Assembly (NCBI GenBank): GCA_000934665.2
Contig: KZ538402.1
Span: forward strand, 1-64,000
From: Catajapyx aquilonaris
Taxonomy: Eukaryota
Reading direction: 5' to 3'
DNA length: 64,000 bases
Below, in pieces: positions 1 to 12,311 of this stretch. How positions within the stretch are numbered: the first letter of the stretch is position 1; each line of letters opens with the position of its first letter. Made by a program: the position numbers and the translations under genes. The notes below the pieces were generated by a model. The model worked only from the letters and a program-made list of their open reading frames with translations. It did not search any database and had not been told where the DNA came from.

Positions 1-2516
1 GGCTAAATTTCATCCTTAGGATGTCAAAAATGATCTGCGATCATAAAAAAAAGGTCCCCTCAAAAAACGCACGGGTTTCGGTTTCTCGACCGGACTAAAG
101 CGAGTGGCTTTCTAGGCCTGCGTCTTAAGAAAAATGGGAGCGAAGCGATGGTTTCTTTTTAGCAATTTATTAATTAACATGTGTAATTACCGCTTCTAGA
201 AGAATATTTCACCGTTACGTTTATAGGTAAACGATTTAAGTGCAGGAACAATGTATTGGCTCAGTACAGAGTGTGACATAATGAATTTCTATCAGCCACA
301 GATAAATGAACTGGTGCCAATCACATAAAGGAAAGTCGTGTAATCTGTCCCAGAGTTTAAACAGTGGGCTCATTGTCCAGGGAAGCATAAGGATTGACCT
401 GACCTCAACCACGGTCAAGTTCACTATCAACAGGCTTATGTGAATTGCGCAAATTGGGACGCAAAAAAAAGTACTACGCATTTAAAAGCACTTATGGGCT
501 GTACAGCTGCATTGCATGTGTATACATTGCGGCATCAAGAAATGCAATAAATCAGTTGGTTAACTGCACTGCAACACATCTGGGTCAAACTGCAACTGAT
601 GCAAAAATCCCCCACGTCAGGAGAAGGTCAAGTGTACTACGAACAGAGACTATTTCTGATGTTTTGCCCACACATTCTTATTGCGCAATTGGTTGGAACG
701 CATTCCAAATGTTGCGAAATTGCCTTATTTTTTTTTCTCTCTGTCTTCTTCTTCGTCTTCCTCTCTTATAGGAGGATCCCCCCCACCCACTCTGGAAAAA
801 GTATTGGACATTTTTTTGGGGTCTCTCTCCCTCCCACCGGAATAGAAATTGGCCTGAGAGTAATAAACGTAACTCGGTTCAGATCCAATCGGATCAAGTG
901 GACCGCTCAATTCATCTCGATTCGATAAAAAAAAAGGAATCTGATTCTTTATCGTTCAAGCGAAGTCGATCAATCGCTCAACTGACCGTCTCACTATAGT
1001 AAACTGAAAAAAATTGTTGTCTTTTTAAACCAATGAGCTTTGCTATAAAATGGTGAGAACCATCACCTGTCCCGAGTTATTAATTATGTATTATTTACCG
1101 AACGAATTCTCGTCAAGCGTCATATTAAAGCCACTCACAGGTGTTTACTTACTGAAATTTTCGACAAATTGTGACAAAAGTTACAAAAGGAATGACACCA
1201 TGTCCTGTAATTATTAAATGAAAAAATGTCGATAATTTTTATTTAAAAAATGACCACACTGTAGGTGGTATCACGCTCATAACATGTATCGTAAGTTAAA
1301 ATTGAATTTTTTTAAAAACAGCTGGCCGTATGTAACATGCCGGAAAAAGTTGACGAAACAAACCGGAACTGAAACCGCTGAATTAATGCAAAAAAAAAAC
1401 CACCGCAGAGAAGTCAAAATTTTCGTCATTTTGACACCCCCAACATTATTCAGCTAAGTTACAAAATCTGGCATAATACCCGTAAAAAAAACAACCCTAA
1501 ATTGTCCGAATCAACTCTAATCTACATTTTAATATATGCAATAAATATGATATGTCAGAACTATATTTTACGAAATTGTGCTAAGAGAATATCTGCCAAG
1601 CACAAATCACTTATACCAAACATAATTTCCGCTAAACTCGCAAAAATGCTTTATAACCAAAAAGGACCTGACTTTATTCCTCTCGCATGAATTATTACAC
1701 TTCGTCCCTTCCCCTCCAAAAAAACGAGCCGTCAACCAACCCAAGCTTAAAAAACGAGCCTCGCTTTAAAAATTCCCTAGCTCAAAAAAATGAGCGGACC
1801 CTATATAAAAACGCCAGGGCTTGAAACGAGCCTAATCTGCGAAGACGGCACTAATGACACTCGGCCGCTGCCTGAAAATGACTACCTTGTAAAATCCATT
1901 CAACCCAGAGCTATATAGCGCCCCCATACTCTTCTAAAAACCAGAAACCGAAAATCCCCCAACTCATTACCACAAAATGCATGAATTCTGCAGAATTTAA
2001 TTGATTCTACATGAATAATTTAGTGGCCAGGTCCCTCATTTGAACCAAAATGTCATATTTTAATTAGTAATTCCTTATTCAGGCTTTAAACTATAGAGAG
2101 GAAAACGTTTTGTGTTTGTTTCTTACCTAATGCAAACAGCGTGGCGACCGTGGAAGGACTGAATCTACATTGAAAGTTGCGCGAGTGCACATGACATCTG
2201 GCCTCATGGCAGGGCGGCGGGCAACTTACGAGGCACAAGAAAATGGGGGTTTACACGGTTTAAAAGCCAGATGGCGCAGGCGCTTCACAACACTCGTAGG
2301 GCACATACATCTACCAAGGGAGGTCTTATGATGGCCATTTTTATATGAGAGAGATTATGTGGAGTTGGAGTTACCACTAGTTACAGCACCGGGCTTTGTC
2401 CGCGCGGTGACTCATCACCAACGTGCATGTAGTACTACTTTCCATCTGAGAGTGGCAGTAGTGTGCAGAGAGGGAGAATATGCGCCAACTGGTAGCGGCC
2501 TATATGCACTACTTCC

Positions 2517-2820
2517 AAGCAGTGTAGCCAAAATTTGGCAGAGTCTGCTACTAGTTGGGGTGAGATTGTGCCAGAGCATTTTTTGGACAACAGTGCGCCC
2601 TACTGGCAGCAAGCAGTGTAGCCAAAATTTTGCAGAGTTTGCTACTAGTTGGGGTGAGATTGTGCCAGAGCATTTTTTTGGTGCGCCCTACTGGCAGCAA
2701 GCGAATTTAGGCATGTTTTACTACAATTAAGGATGGGCAAAGTTGGCAATGGTAGGGTAAAATCCCCCCGAAAATGCGATGGCACAATCTCACCCAACCT
2801 GGCACAATCTCACCCCAATT
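2517..2820. repeat. Two ~94-bp direct repeats followed by two inverted copies of their core (MITE/foldback-like remnant)
   Basis: GTGTAGCCAAAATTT...GGGTGAGATTGTGCCAGAGCATTTTTT occurs at ~2522 and ~2616. The reverse complement TGGCACAATCTCACCC occurs at ~2780 and ~2800. Confidence 0.6.
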
Positions 2821-4129
2821 GACGGTACTTTTTGCAGCATTGGTGTCATCATTTGACCTGCGTCTTTGGAGGTTAAGGGCACTTAAAAACTGTGTTTTGT
2901 ACACATAGTAGGCCTACAGTTGCCAGGAGTGTTGTTATTTTTGCAAAACAGACGCTACAATTTACATAATACAGTGTGGGAGAGGCTATTTTCTGAAGGA
3001 ACTGTTGCGAGTCCAGACATAGCACGTGGTGTGCCGTAATATAATTCAACATAACAGTCGTTTAAAAAGGGGCTCGAACAGTAAGGCTCACAAACCGCAA
3101 AACACTGCTTTTTTTGCGAATTCATTTCCAGCGGTTGAATACCACAGTGGGCAAGAACTGCAAACATGAACCAGCTTCATACGATTGTTTTTAAAAAAAA
3201 GCGCAATTGCATTTTTAATCAGCTAAGGTTATAATTTCGCAGTTGGAAACACCTGTGCGACCTACATAATACAGTACTTCACCCAACTTTTAGTGGCTCT
3301 AAAGTGTGCCTGAAGTGAAATCCCAAATCGAACAGAATTACCGCCCCACTGCGCACACACACATACTAAAAAAAAGAGCTGTAATTACCAGCCTTTAATA
3401 CCCATCGACTTAACTGCAACTAACATACTTTCCACAAATCCTAGTCTCTCTTTTTTCGATAAAAAATACTGCGTCTCTGCCACATACGAAGCATATACTC
3501 ATCATAATATACGTGCAGTAGAACATCAGGCATTTGGCACACTGTTTTAATCACTAACTCTTACAATCTCGTCCCCTCCTATTCATCGCATGTAATTTGT
3601 ATCCCGAAATAGGATTGGCGGTGTTATTGGGGGGAAACTGGGGAGGGGTATATAGTAGAAGCCGCATTAAGCGGATAACGACCCGTTTTCAATATTTTAT
3701 CAGCGACAAATGCTAATGAGAGCTCTCTTAAACAAAAGGTTTTTTTTAAGGGTATTGGAACTTGGGTATTCTAGAAGCAAGGGTTTGGTGGTCTGGAAAC
3801 ATCTAGGATTAGACTGGGTATCAGATCTCCATCTGGGCGTAATCCTTTAGGGCAAAGGGGGAGGCGATGGGCAGCCAACACTGATCGCCACTTAAATCCC
3901 CCAGGTTGCACACAATTTGGGGAGGAAGGATTTCCAGGAGGCATTTTCCCTGACCTGACTGCTTGTCCCGTCTCGGTTAGCCGACTAGAATAGTAAAGCT
4001 GAAGGATGATGTGCCTTGGCAGGCAGCATCCGTGGTTCTAATAATGCCAGCAAGGGAGATGCGATGTTTAAAGGGTCCAAAAAGGGCCCTCTAGAACATC
4101 GTCAATGTAACAAAAGCACATCAATATGT

Positions 4130-4295
4130 TAAATAATTATAAAGCAGCAAGTTTGTCTGTATGTTCGGGCTACCAAATCCACTTCCGGTCTATTGAGAGT
4201 GCTGATTATATAATTATACAGCAGAAAGTTTGTCTGTATGTTCGGGCTGCCTAACCCACTTCCGGAGGCTACTGTGAGTGTGCTGAAACTTGTCA
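4130..4295 (+). mobile_element. Tandem pair of Helitron-like 5' ends
   Basis: TATAAAGCAG(C/A)AAGTTTGTCTGTATGTTCGGGCTRCC..ACCCACTTCCGG occurs twice and is related to the copy at 49618. Confidence 0.5.
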
Positions 4296-5877
4296 TTGAT
4301 TGAGGGAAAAAGCTGCAATTGTTTTTAAATAAATTTTAAAATTAAATTAAATGCTGCGAATATTGTTATTGGCATCACTTGTCATATACTGTATGATTTC
4401 CCCCATTTTTTTAAAGTGCGAAAATTAGCCTGGAGGGGGATGAGTTGCATATTGACAGCATCGATTCGCAAAACGTGTCAAGGGTTTGGGATCAAGCTCC
4501 GATCCTTGAACTGTCTATTTTCTTTTTTCCTCCTCGTCCTTCGGTTCGGGATGCAGATAAAGACAGAATTGAAAAATTATGTATTGCTCAGAAGGCTCAT
4601 CAATAAATATGGGTTCGGGAGAAATCAAAAAAGGCGATGGTGGATTAGCTAATGTTCTGCAATTTTGGGCAGTCTGCGACGGTTAAATTGTGATAAAGTA
4701 ATGGAGTCTGAAGGCGAATATATACCAGGGGCGGTTAATGTTTCTCTTGATGACCCTATACCACCCCCGAAGCCTCGGTCTGTTCCCGCCTAATGCTGGC
4801 ATAGCAACCAGCCCTTTTAATCGGGTATGAAAGTCATGCAGCGTTAGGTGCAACCAAAGCATAGCCTGCAGGATAGATAAAAACGATTCAGATTTTATCA
4901 GATTTACTGTACAAAAAATATTGATTGAATGAAACAGATAGACTCCATAAGTTCTGTCTTTTTTGCGGCATGGCAAAGTCCCTAATTTTGTTTCGTTCGC
5001 GTTTGGTTCGATCGCGTTTTTCTATGCCTGCGGTCCACGGTGGACAGCCTAGAATGAGCTTCTGGAACCTCCCACTTTAGTCAAGTTTCCATGGGTATGT
5101 CCTCAACAGTGAGCAGTAAACAGTGTCAACGAAATAGCACTGTTTACTCCTGTTGTGTGAAGGGGGCCAATCGGAAGCGTCGCGGTAATACAAACAACGA
5201 AGGATTTTTAATATTATAGATAATTCGTCCCATGCTGATGAAAAGAGTTTATTTATACGTGTTGCGAAATTATATTTCGTATCAAAAATTAGTGTCATTA
5301 CAGATAAGGTCACAAGTTATAATATGATAGCGCTTCAGTTGACGTCTGCGAAACTTTATGATGTATGATTATAACCACTTTGATGTCTACTGAGTGTGCA
5401 AAATTTTGCATAAAACCCAGATAATTAGCACTGTACTGTATCCCTCCCAGTTATATGTAATTTTCCTATATTAAAAAAAATAGCAGCATCCGACACCCAG
5501 GCCACTCATCCTCTTAACAAAACAGGCTCCCATGATACATAAGCTCAATTGCCTAACACACTTAAAGAGACTTGAAAGACCCACACAAAAGCATTTGTAA
5601 TTCTCTTCCAACCCTCCCATATATTGAAGGAGCCTGCACTTTTTTTTCCGCCCCCTAAAGGGAACCCCATCTCTGAAATCCGACCCTCTGACCCCACCCT
5701 TCCTCTTCCTTCCCAGAGGTCAGCCAGCCTTCAAGATGAATCTGCTGCCAGGAGGAGGGGGATCGAGGCAAAAGGGGGGTGGGGGAGAGAGGTCAGGAGG
5801 AGGGTTGCCAGAGTGTGAAAAAGAAGCTTTGGAGAGGGGGCTTATACTACTCTCCAGTGTGTGACTTAGCTGGGAAC

Positions 5878-8800
5878 ATGACCAAGTTACGTCTTCTGAT
5901 CCTCCTCTTCGTGTACAGGGCATCCGCAGATTTCGACAGGTTTGTCCATCAAGCTAATTAACGCGTTTAAAAAAAATCCAATCATTTTTTTTTTGCCCCT
6001 CTAATAGCAAAGCGGATCTGATTTAATTTTCAAAATGGAGCGAGGCCTCGGATGAACGAACTTGCTGAATTTTTGTCCTGTGATTGGGATTTCAAAATTG
6101 CTTGCCCCAGTTGGCCAATTGTGCGTTAACATGCGACATTAAAAATGGGTTTTATGCGTGCAAAATTAATATCTGCGGCCAATATGCAGGGTTGTGCATT
6201 ATTCAAGCCCATAGGTAATGGAAAAAGTCACGGATCGTTGACACCAGCAACCACTTTAAAGGGGGAGAATTCCGATGTATATGCTATACTTACCATCAAT
6301 GTTAGCATTACTGTGCCTATTAATTAATTAATGCATACATGATTTATTTATACATGCACGTATACGTATTATTTATTTATTTACATACATGCACGCATAT
6401 TGATTGATTTATGCATGCATTTTTATTTAGTAATCTATTTATCCATGTATTTTTATTCAATAATTTATTTATGCACGTATTTTTCTTTAGCGTAATTTAT
6501 TTACGCACGTATTTTTCTTTAGCGTAATTTATTTATGCACGTATAGAGGCCTATGCATATTATTTATGCCATTATTGTCTAACTTCAGTGAGACGTCATG
6601 AGTGTCTGTGACGTCAGTCTAAAGTTAGGACAATTCTGCATTTAGCGACAACATACTGATAAGCAAGTTGTCGGCGACATTTTGTCTCGAGACAGATCTG
6701 ACCTTTAGTATATTACGAAGCACCGTGCATATATGCTGATGATGTAAAAAAAAGAAATTGGCCTGTCACCCACTATATCACTCCAGACCCTCCGCATATT
6801 AATACTAATCTCCAGGCTTTCTGGAGAGACTTGCTGGCCCCTTTTGTCTTCGTTTATGTCCCCGGAAATTCCCCCTTCCTTTTAAAGCCCATCAGATGCC
6901 ATGTCCGACTACGACCTTCCGGAAGTTAACGAGCGTTGCTGCGCCCTAACCGGAGCCAAATATCAAGTAAGTGCTGCTGGGTGACCAAAATTTGGGGGCC
7001 CTGTCTCATTACATTGTTTTTGGTTTTGCTTTGCATATGTAGTTAACGTTCGAAGGGATTTGGTCACGTGCGACGCATCCGAGGGACTTCCCGACCAACG
7101 AATGGCTCCTGCACTTCAGTGACCTCATAGGAGCATCGCATAAGAATGACTTCAGGTTCTGGGAGGAAGGTCAGGTCGCATCTGCTGGGGTCAAAGGCGT
7201 GGCCGAGTGGGGGTCAGTCGGAAGGCTCGCCAAAGAGCTGGAGGAAGACGTGAGTTTTTTTTTGTTAAACAGCCTAATTAATGGCGACGTACTAGTCGCG
7301 CCACCAGCCACTGGCGACAAAAGAGCGAATCGCAACCCTTTGTGCCACCGTAGACCAACAAATGTTATTGCGGCTTTGCCAAGCGCCAAAATGTGCTTGG
7401 CAAAGCCACAATAACATTTGTTGTGCGCTTGGGAAAGTCTCAATAACATTTTGGTTGGCATACTACGGCACAAGGCGGTCAATATTGCTGGGCTGTTGTG
7501 ATTCGCTCTTTTGCCGCCAACAAATGTTATTATGGCTTTTTCAAGCGTCAATGTGCTTGGCAAAGCCACAATAACATTTGTTGTGCTTGGCAAAGCCACA
7601 ATAACATTTGTTGACCTGTTGCGCCACAATAAGACGGTCAGTAGGCTATTGTTGGGTCGTTGTGATTCGCTCTTTTGCCGCCAACAAATGTTATTGTGGA
7701 TTTTCCAAGCGTCAATGTGCTTGGCAAAGCCACAATAACATCTGTTGTGCTTGGCAAAGCTGTCAATAACATTTTTTTTTTTTTTTTTTTGCCTGCGATA
7801 GAACAAGATGGTCAGTAGGCCTATATTGTTGTCATTCGCTCTTTTTCTGCCACCATGGCTCGTGGAGNNNNNNNNNNNNNNNNNNNNNNNNNNNNNNNNN
7901 NNNNNNNNNNNNNNNNNNNNNNNNNNNNNNNNNNNNNNNNNNNNNNNNNNNNNNNNNNNNNNNNNNNNNNNNNNNNNNNNNNNNNNNNNNNNNNNNNNNN
8001 NNNNNNNNNNNNNNNNNNNNNNNNNNNNNNNNNTTCCAATTCCCCCCCCCCCCCCCCCAGTACAGTACAGCAGCAGTCTCTCAGTTCGTTAATATAATTA
8101 CAGCACAATGGGAAAGCCCAACAAAACGGAGTCAGACTCTGAGAGGGGGGAGTGGGGGAACATAGAGAATGCGGCTGAAATGCGAAATCCCAGTGCGGGA
8201 CATTTTCTAGTGTATAAGGGAGATGAGAGAGTACGAGGGGGGGGTTAGAAGTCGGCAGGATTAACTCCTATATGATGATTTTCGAGAGGGGGGTGGGAGG
8301 GAGGGAAATCAGAATCCTCCTGGGCTGCTCGGTTTGGTCGATAGCTTCCGGATAATAATTCCCCCAGACCCGCAAAGTCTCCACCGCTACTACTTGATTA
8401 AAGCTCAACTAATCTAGGACATTCCCTTGCAACATCTCTCTCTCTCTCTCTTTTTAACTACTATAGCTGCTATCTTGTTACTTGATCATCCTATATATGT
8501 TCAACCCGGAGTTTCCGGGTCGATGCATTTTTAGCTGCAAGTTCTGTGTGCTGCGGATACAAAGATTGCTATTTTTGTTGTGAGGGCCCAGAATTAATAA
8601 GCGCGGTTCTTTATGATGTGCGCAATTAAAACTTTGGAGGGCGATGGGGGTATTCCAATTAAGGGCTTTCAACTCTCTGTAAATAAAATTCCAGACGAGT
8701 TTTTTTTCCGGTTTAGACATTTTCTCATCAAAAAGAGTCTTACAGAAGGGCTCTGTCTGTCCGTCTGTCTGTGGGCATGTATCAGGACCTAAAACCGCAT

Positions 8801-11800
8801 GAGATATACCAGCAAACGATTTGAGCCTTTATTAGACTTTTCCGCATAAAAAAGTCTTATAGAACGGCCCTGTCCGTCTGTCTGTCTGTGGACAAGTATC
8901 AGGACTTAAACCGCATGAGATAGTGACAAACGGTTTTCGAATTCGGATTCAGTGGGCCTTTTTTAGATTTTTCTCGTCAAAAAAGTCTTACAGAACGGCC
9001 ATGTCCGTCTGTCTGTCTGTGGACATGTATCAGGACCTAAACCGCATGAGATAGTGACAAACGGTTTTCGAATTCGGATTCAGTGGGCCTTTTTTAGATT
9101 TTTTCTTGTCAAAAAAGTCTTACAGAACGGCCATGTCCGTCCGTCTGTCTGTGGACAGGTATCAGGACGTAAACCGCATGAGATAGTCAGATAGCGACAA
9201 ACGGTTTTCGAATTCGGATTCAGTGGGCCCTTTTAGGCCTTTTCTCCTCAAAAAAAGTCTGATAGAACGGCTCTGACCGTCCGTCCGTCTGTCCGTGGAC
9301 AGGTATCAGGACCTAAACCGCATGAGATAGCGACGAACGGTTTTCGGATTCGGATTCAGTGGGCCTTTATTAAACCTTTTCTCATGAAAAAAAAGGCTTA
9401 TAGTATACGGCTCTGTCCGTCCGTCTGTCTGTGGACAGGTATCAGGACCGCATGAGAGCGCGACAAACGGATTTCGGATTCGGATTCAGTGGGCCATGAA
9501 TAGGTTTAATGGTCAACTTCCGGTTTTTCCGGGTTCGCTCTATCCGCCATCAGATCTACACCGGGAAATATGACAACATTATGTCATTGTTGTCCAGTTA
9601 GAATGTATCGTACTGGTATAATGTCCAACAAAGTCATTTCCTGCTGCCCAATGCAAGAAAACGTCTACTCTAATCACACTCATTTGCCGAAATCTTGTTT
9701 TTATTATTTTGCGCAGAAACATCAGACGAGGAGCATCTTCAAAGCGGGTGGTCTGTGGTACCCGGACCTTAACGACAACACATCCGCACTGTTCTGCACC
9801 GACACCGACAACCATCTAATGTCCATGATCACCATGCTAGGTAAGGGGCTATAATGGCAGTTCATTATTATTTAAAGTGCAGCCATTTCCTGCATCGTAA
9901 AATCCTTTTATTACCATCAGTAGAGGGTCCATATTCTCTGATTATTCATATTATATGAACAGGTCCTTCACCGGATTGGATCGTCGGCGTGTCTGGCCTG
10001 GAGCTGTGCTTGACAAACTGCAGCTGGATGGAACATCTCATCGTCAACCTCTATCCTTGGGATGCTGGCACTGACAGCGGCATTAGTTACATGGTATTCA
10101 GGCCACTTCAATTCCCCTGCCTCTCCTGCTCTTCTTTCTTTTTTCTTTTTTTATTACAACAAGAGCACAACTGGCATTGACCCAGAACTCCAATTAACTT
10201 CTCTTTTTTTTTTTTTGTACTTCAGGATCCGAACACACCTACTGTTCCGCAGGATCCAATAAAGCGCATTACCATTAGGGATCCGGATCATCCCAGAGCA
10301 CCCTTTTTCGATCCGGATGAACAGGAGATGCTGCCTCTGGCCAGGATTTATCTGGATAAGATTGGAGACCAAGGGTGTTCCGGAGAGGATCCGGGGCTGG
10401 AGGAGGCTGAAAACACAGAGGATGTTAGCAAACGTTAGTTGGGGGAGCCCAAAAGAGTGTGGAACTTTAAAAGCTCATTATCACAAATACAGCAATGGAG
10501 CGCTTAATAATAAACAATACATAATGATAATAATGATCAAAATAATGATTTTGTTTCAGCGGAGTGTGCTGTTGGTGACTGGACCGATTGGAGTGATTGC
10601 TCGGTCACATGTGGGAAGGGACTTCGTATGAGGCAGAGGGAATACCTGATGCCGGACAAGGCTGCGATGATGGATTGCGATAGGCAACTTGTTTCTAAAG
10701 AGATGTGTGCGGCTGAACAGCCCACATGTGGGTACGTATTACTTACAGAGTTTCATTACAAAGCGGTGGAGAGATATAACGACGCCTAAGAATTATATTG
10801 TCGTATAATTCCTAGGCGTCGATAAGATTAAGATTCTACAACTGCCGGTCATTTGGTGGGCCAATTTAATCAGGCAAATCAGCAACTAAAAGGCAGCATC
10901 CAAATGACTGACAGCCAATTGACTGGCAGCCAATTGACACAGCAGCCAATTGACACGGCAGCCGTCGCCCGTCGGGATACAAAGATTATAGTTAAACTCT
11001 TTCATTGCCCACAGAGATGAAGAGGATGACATATGTGCAACTACTGACTGGTCAGAGTGGTCTTCTTGTTCTGCCACTTGCGGAAAGGGGGTGCGGACAC
11101 GCAGCAGGAGGTTCCATAACCGCATGGGACGTAAGAAGTGCCGGACACCCCTGATGGAGAAGGACATCTGCATGGCTGACAAGGCTGATTGTAGCCAGGA
11201 GGAGGAAGAAGTTGGTCCATCAATTCACCATCCGGTTTTGTCAGAATCACTGCAATGGTGCCCAAATTTTTTTTTCTTCAGGAGAATCCAATGTGCCCTA
11301 TGACTCCTTGGAGCGAATGGAGTCCCTGCAGCGTTACTTGCGGTGAAGGTGTGCGTGAGAGGTCACGCATACTCTTGGTGTCTGGAGAGATTGCAGCGAT
11401 GAAATGTGGAGATGTATCCATGAACCAGGAGGCACCGTGCACCGGGGAACGTCCAACATGCGAAATGACCATGGCTGAAACAAAAGGTGACAATCACAAA
11501 TAATGGAAGCAAATCAGTTTTTAAAAAAATCATTGAACTTTTTTCAGAGGCTTGCATGATGGATCCGGAAGTCGGTCCATGCCGTGGGTCATTCCCAAGG
11601 TGGTTCTTCCACCCGGAGAAGCTCATGTGTGTTGACTTTACATATGGCGGATGCCGAGGCAACGCCAACAATTTCAACACCCAGGATGAATGCCAATCGA
11701 CATGCGGACCACTCTTCACAGCCGTCACACCATCGCCTCCAACAGAGTCGACAACCAAGGAAGTCATCATTAATTCAAGTAAGTTGCATTAAGCGGTCAT

Positions 11801-12311
11801 AAAAAATTATATTTAATATCGACAATTCCAGTGCTGTGCAGCATGGAGCCTGACTTCGGTCCATGCCGAGGCTTCCTAACCCGCTGGTACTTCAACTCAG
11901 CCAAACGCATGTGCCTCGAGTTCACCTACGGAGGATGCCAAGGAAACGACAACAACTTCGAGTCGCAACAGGAGTGCCTCATGGCCTGCAATCCCCAATC
12001 GCAGCGCATATCGTCAACCACAATCGCACCATCGCCACCCAAGAAGGTCAGGCGAGTCAAATGCATGGTGACCCCTTGGAGCGAATGGTCACCATGTTCT
12101 GCTACATGCGGTAGGGCTTACATGGAGAAAGTACGAATGATCAAGGTAAGATGTAAATCGGAATCTAGACCCCCCCGACATTTTAACTTACCTTTAAAAT
12201 CCCGGTTCACAGGTTCGCCCACAAAACGGCGGCAAACCATGTCCGAGAAAGCTAACGAGGAGGAAGAAATGCCCAACCAAACCCTGCAACCCCCGAAAAA
12301 ATGAAGAGTGA
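5878..12311 (+). CDS. SPON1: F-spondin (spondin-1)-like secreted protein, ~675 aa: signal peptide, Spondin_N, 3 TSR, 2 Kunitz, 1 TSR; no Reeler domain
   Basis: Exons 5878-5939, 6888-6966, 7043-7249, 9717-9840, 9963-10093, 10226-10433, 10560-10731, 11015-11210, 11282-11486, 11548-11778, 11832-12145 and 12213-12311 are all GT-AG and sum to 2028 nt in frame. Motifs: MTKLRLLILLFVYRASA (signal), CCALTGAKYQLTFEGIWSRATHPRDFP, GPSPDWIVGVSGLELC, YPWDAGTDSG, WSxWSxCSxTCG TSRs, and GPCRG..RW..FTYGGCxGNxNNF Kunitz domains. Confidence 0.92.
6325..6570. repeat. AT-rich degenerate minisatellite (TATTTATGCACG-like)
   Basis: Repeated TTTATTTA/TGCAC/GTAT words in spondin intron 1. Confidence 0.6.
7312..7855. 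repeat. ~163-bp tandem units each containing a ~29-bp-stem hairpin (foldback-like)
   Basis: CCAACAAATGTTAT starts at 7355, 7517 and 7681. The hairpin 7356-7384/7395-7423 pairs at 28/29 positions. GGCGACAAAAGAGCGAATCGCAAC at ~7313 is the inverse of GTTGTGATTCGCTCTTTTGCCGCC in each unit. Confidence 0.8.
7868..8033. other. Assembly gap (N run)
   Basis: Ns in sequence. Confidence 1.
8715..9496. repeat. ~130-bp tandem array (~6 copies) with GTCY microsatellite, DINE/Helentron-like satellite
   Basis: GGATTCAGTGGGCC occurs at 8945, 9076, 9216, 9352 and 9482. Each unit has GTCCGTCTGTCTGT. Confidence 0.85.

Noticed and set aside
7171..7806. 211-aa ORF and overlapping ORFs
   Set aside because: They are translations of the intronic hairpin satellite.
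10780..10970. 18-bp hairpin (CGACGCCTAAGAATTATA) and short CAGCCAATTGAC repeats in a spondin intron
   Set aside because: They are too short and typical of small TE remnants, with no independent support for function.
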